DNA of 64,000 nt from Octopus vulgaris (taxonomy: Eukaryota). The stretch covers positions 104,470,001 through 104,534,000 of the forward strand of contig OX597817.1 of the NCBI GenBank assembly GCA_951406725.2, given 5' to 3'. Under the pieces are notes generated by a model. The model searched no databases. It was given only the letters and a program-made list of their open reading frames with translations, and was not told where the DNA came from. This document shows positions 63,611 to 64,000 of the stretch, piece after piece. Every line of letters starts with the position of its first letter. The first letter of the stretch is position 1. Made by a program: the position numbers and the translations under genes.

Positions 63611-64000
63611 GCCAGATTTTTGTTTCTAAGTTACGTATCAGAAATGTTTGTGGTCATGAACCTCACTCTTTAAAAACAAAACTCTAAATTGATCCAAAGA
63701 AAATGCCTGTATATAGTGTAATAGTAAGATGGTGAGATGGCCGTGAATTTCTCAAGCTCATTAGTGACATTAATGAAAGGATTTTAGTTCCAAAGATTTT
63801 TTTTTCATTTGGTTTGTGAATTCATGATCATCTCTACTTGACATTATATATATGTTGTAAGCAATTTTCTTCCCAACCATGTGGGCTTTTGTTCATTTCC
63901 ACTGTAGCACCTTGGACAAGTGTTTTCTACTATCGTCCTGGACTAACCAAAGTTTTGTGAGTTGATTTAGTAGATGTTGGCCATAACTATGTTTATGTAA

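Overview
Eukaryotic, AT-rich, intron- and repeat-dense animal DNA. The SINE/RTE repertoire and microsatellites suggest an octopus (coleoid cephalopod); this is an inference. Two + strand spliced genes were reconstructed by hand. (1) The last two coding exons of a divergent EEF1AKMT1/N6AMT2-like lysine methyltransferase (492-778, 1952-2112), whose DPPY/F motif reads DTPH. (2) Fifteen phase-consistent GT-AG exons of an NT5DC3/NT5DC2-like HAD 5'-nucleotidase (12590-62333), which continues beyond the window. The rest is mobile DNA: CR1-like, RTE and R4/Dong-like LINEs, a maT (DD37D) transposon, two back-to-back Helitrons, a decayed Gypsy with a nested TTAA MITE, and many tRNA-derived SINEs and (GAT)n-tailed RTE 3' ends. 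Most notable are a ~260-bp and a ~63-bp near-perfect inverted repeat bracketing NT5DC3 exon 7, several locally templated inverted insertions, a TIR-bounded cassette with a duplicated E2F/E-box/TATA promoter, a PHD-type finger inside an RTE reverse transcriptase, and a twin-priming-like inverted RTE tail. No prokaryotic system (CRISPR etc.) is present. Most short ORFs in the track are microsatellite or repeat noise.
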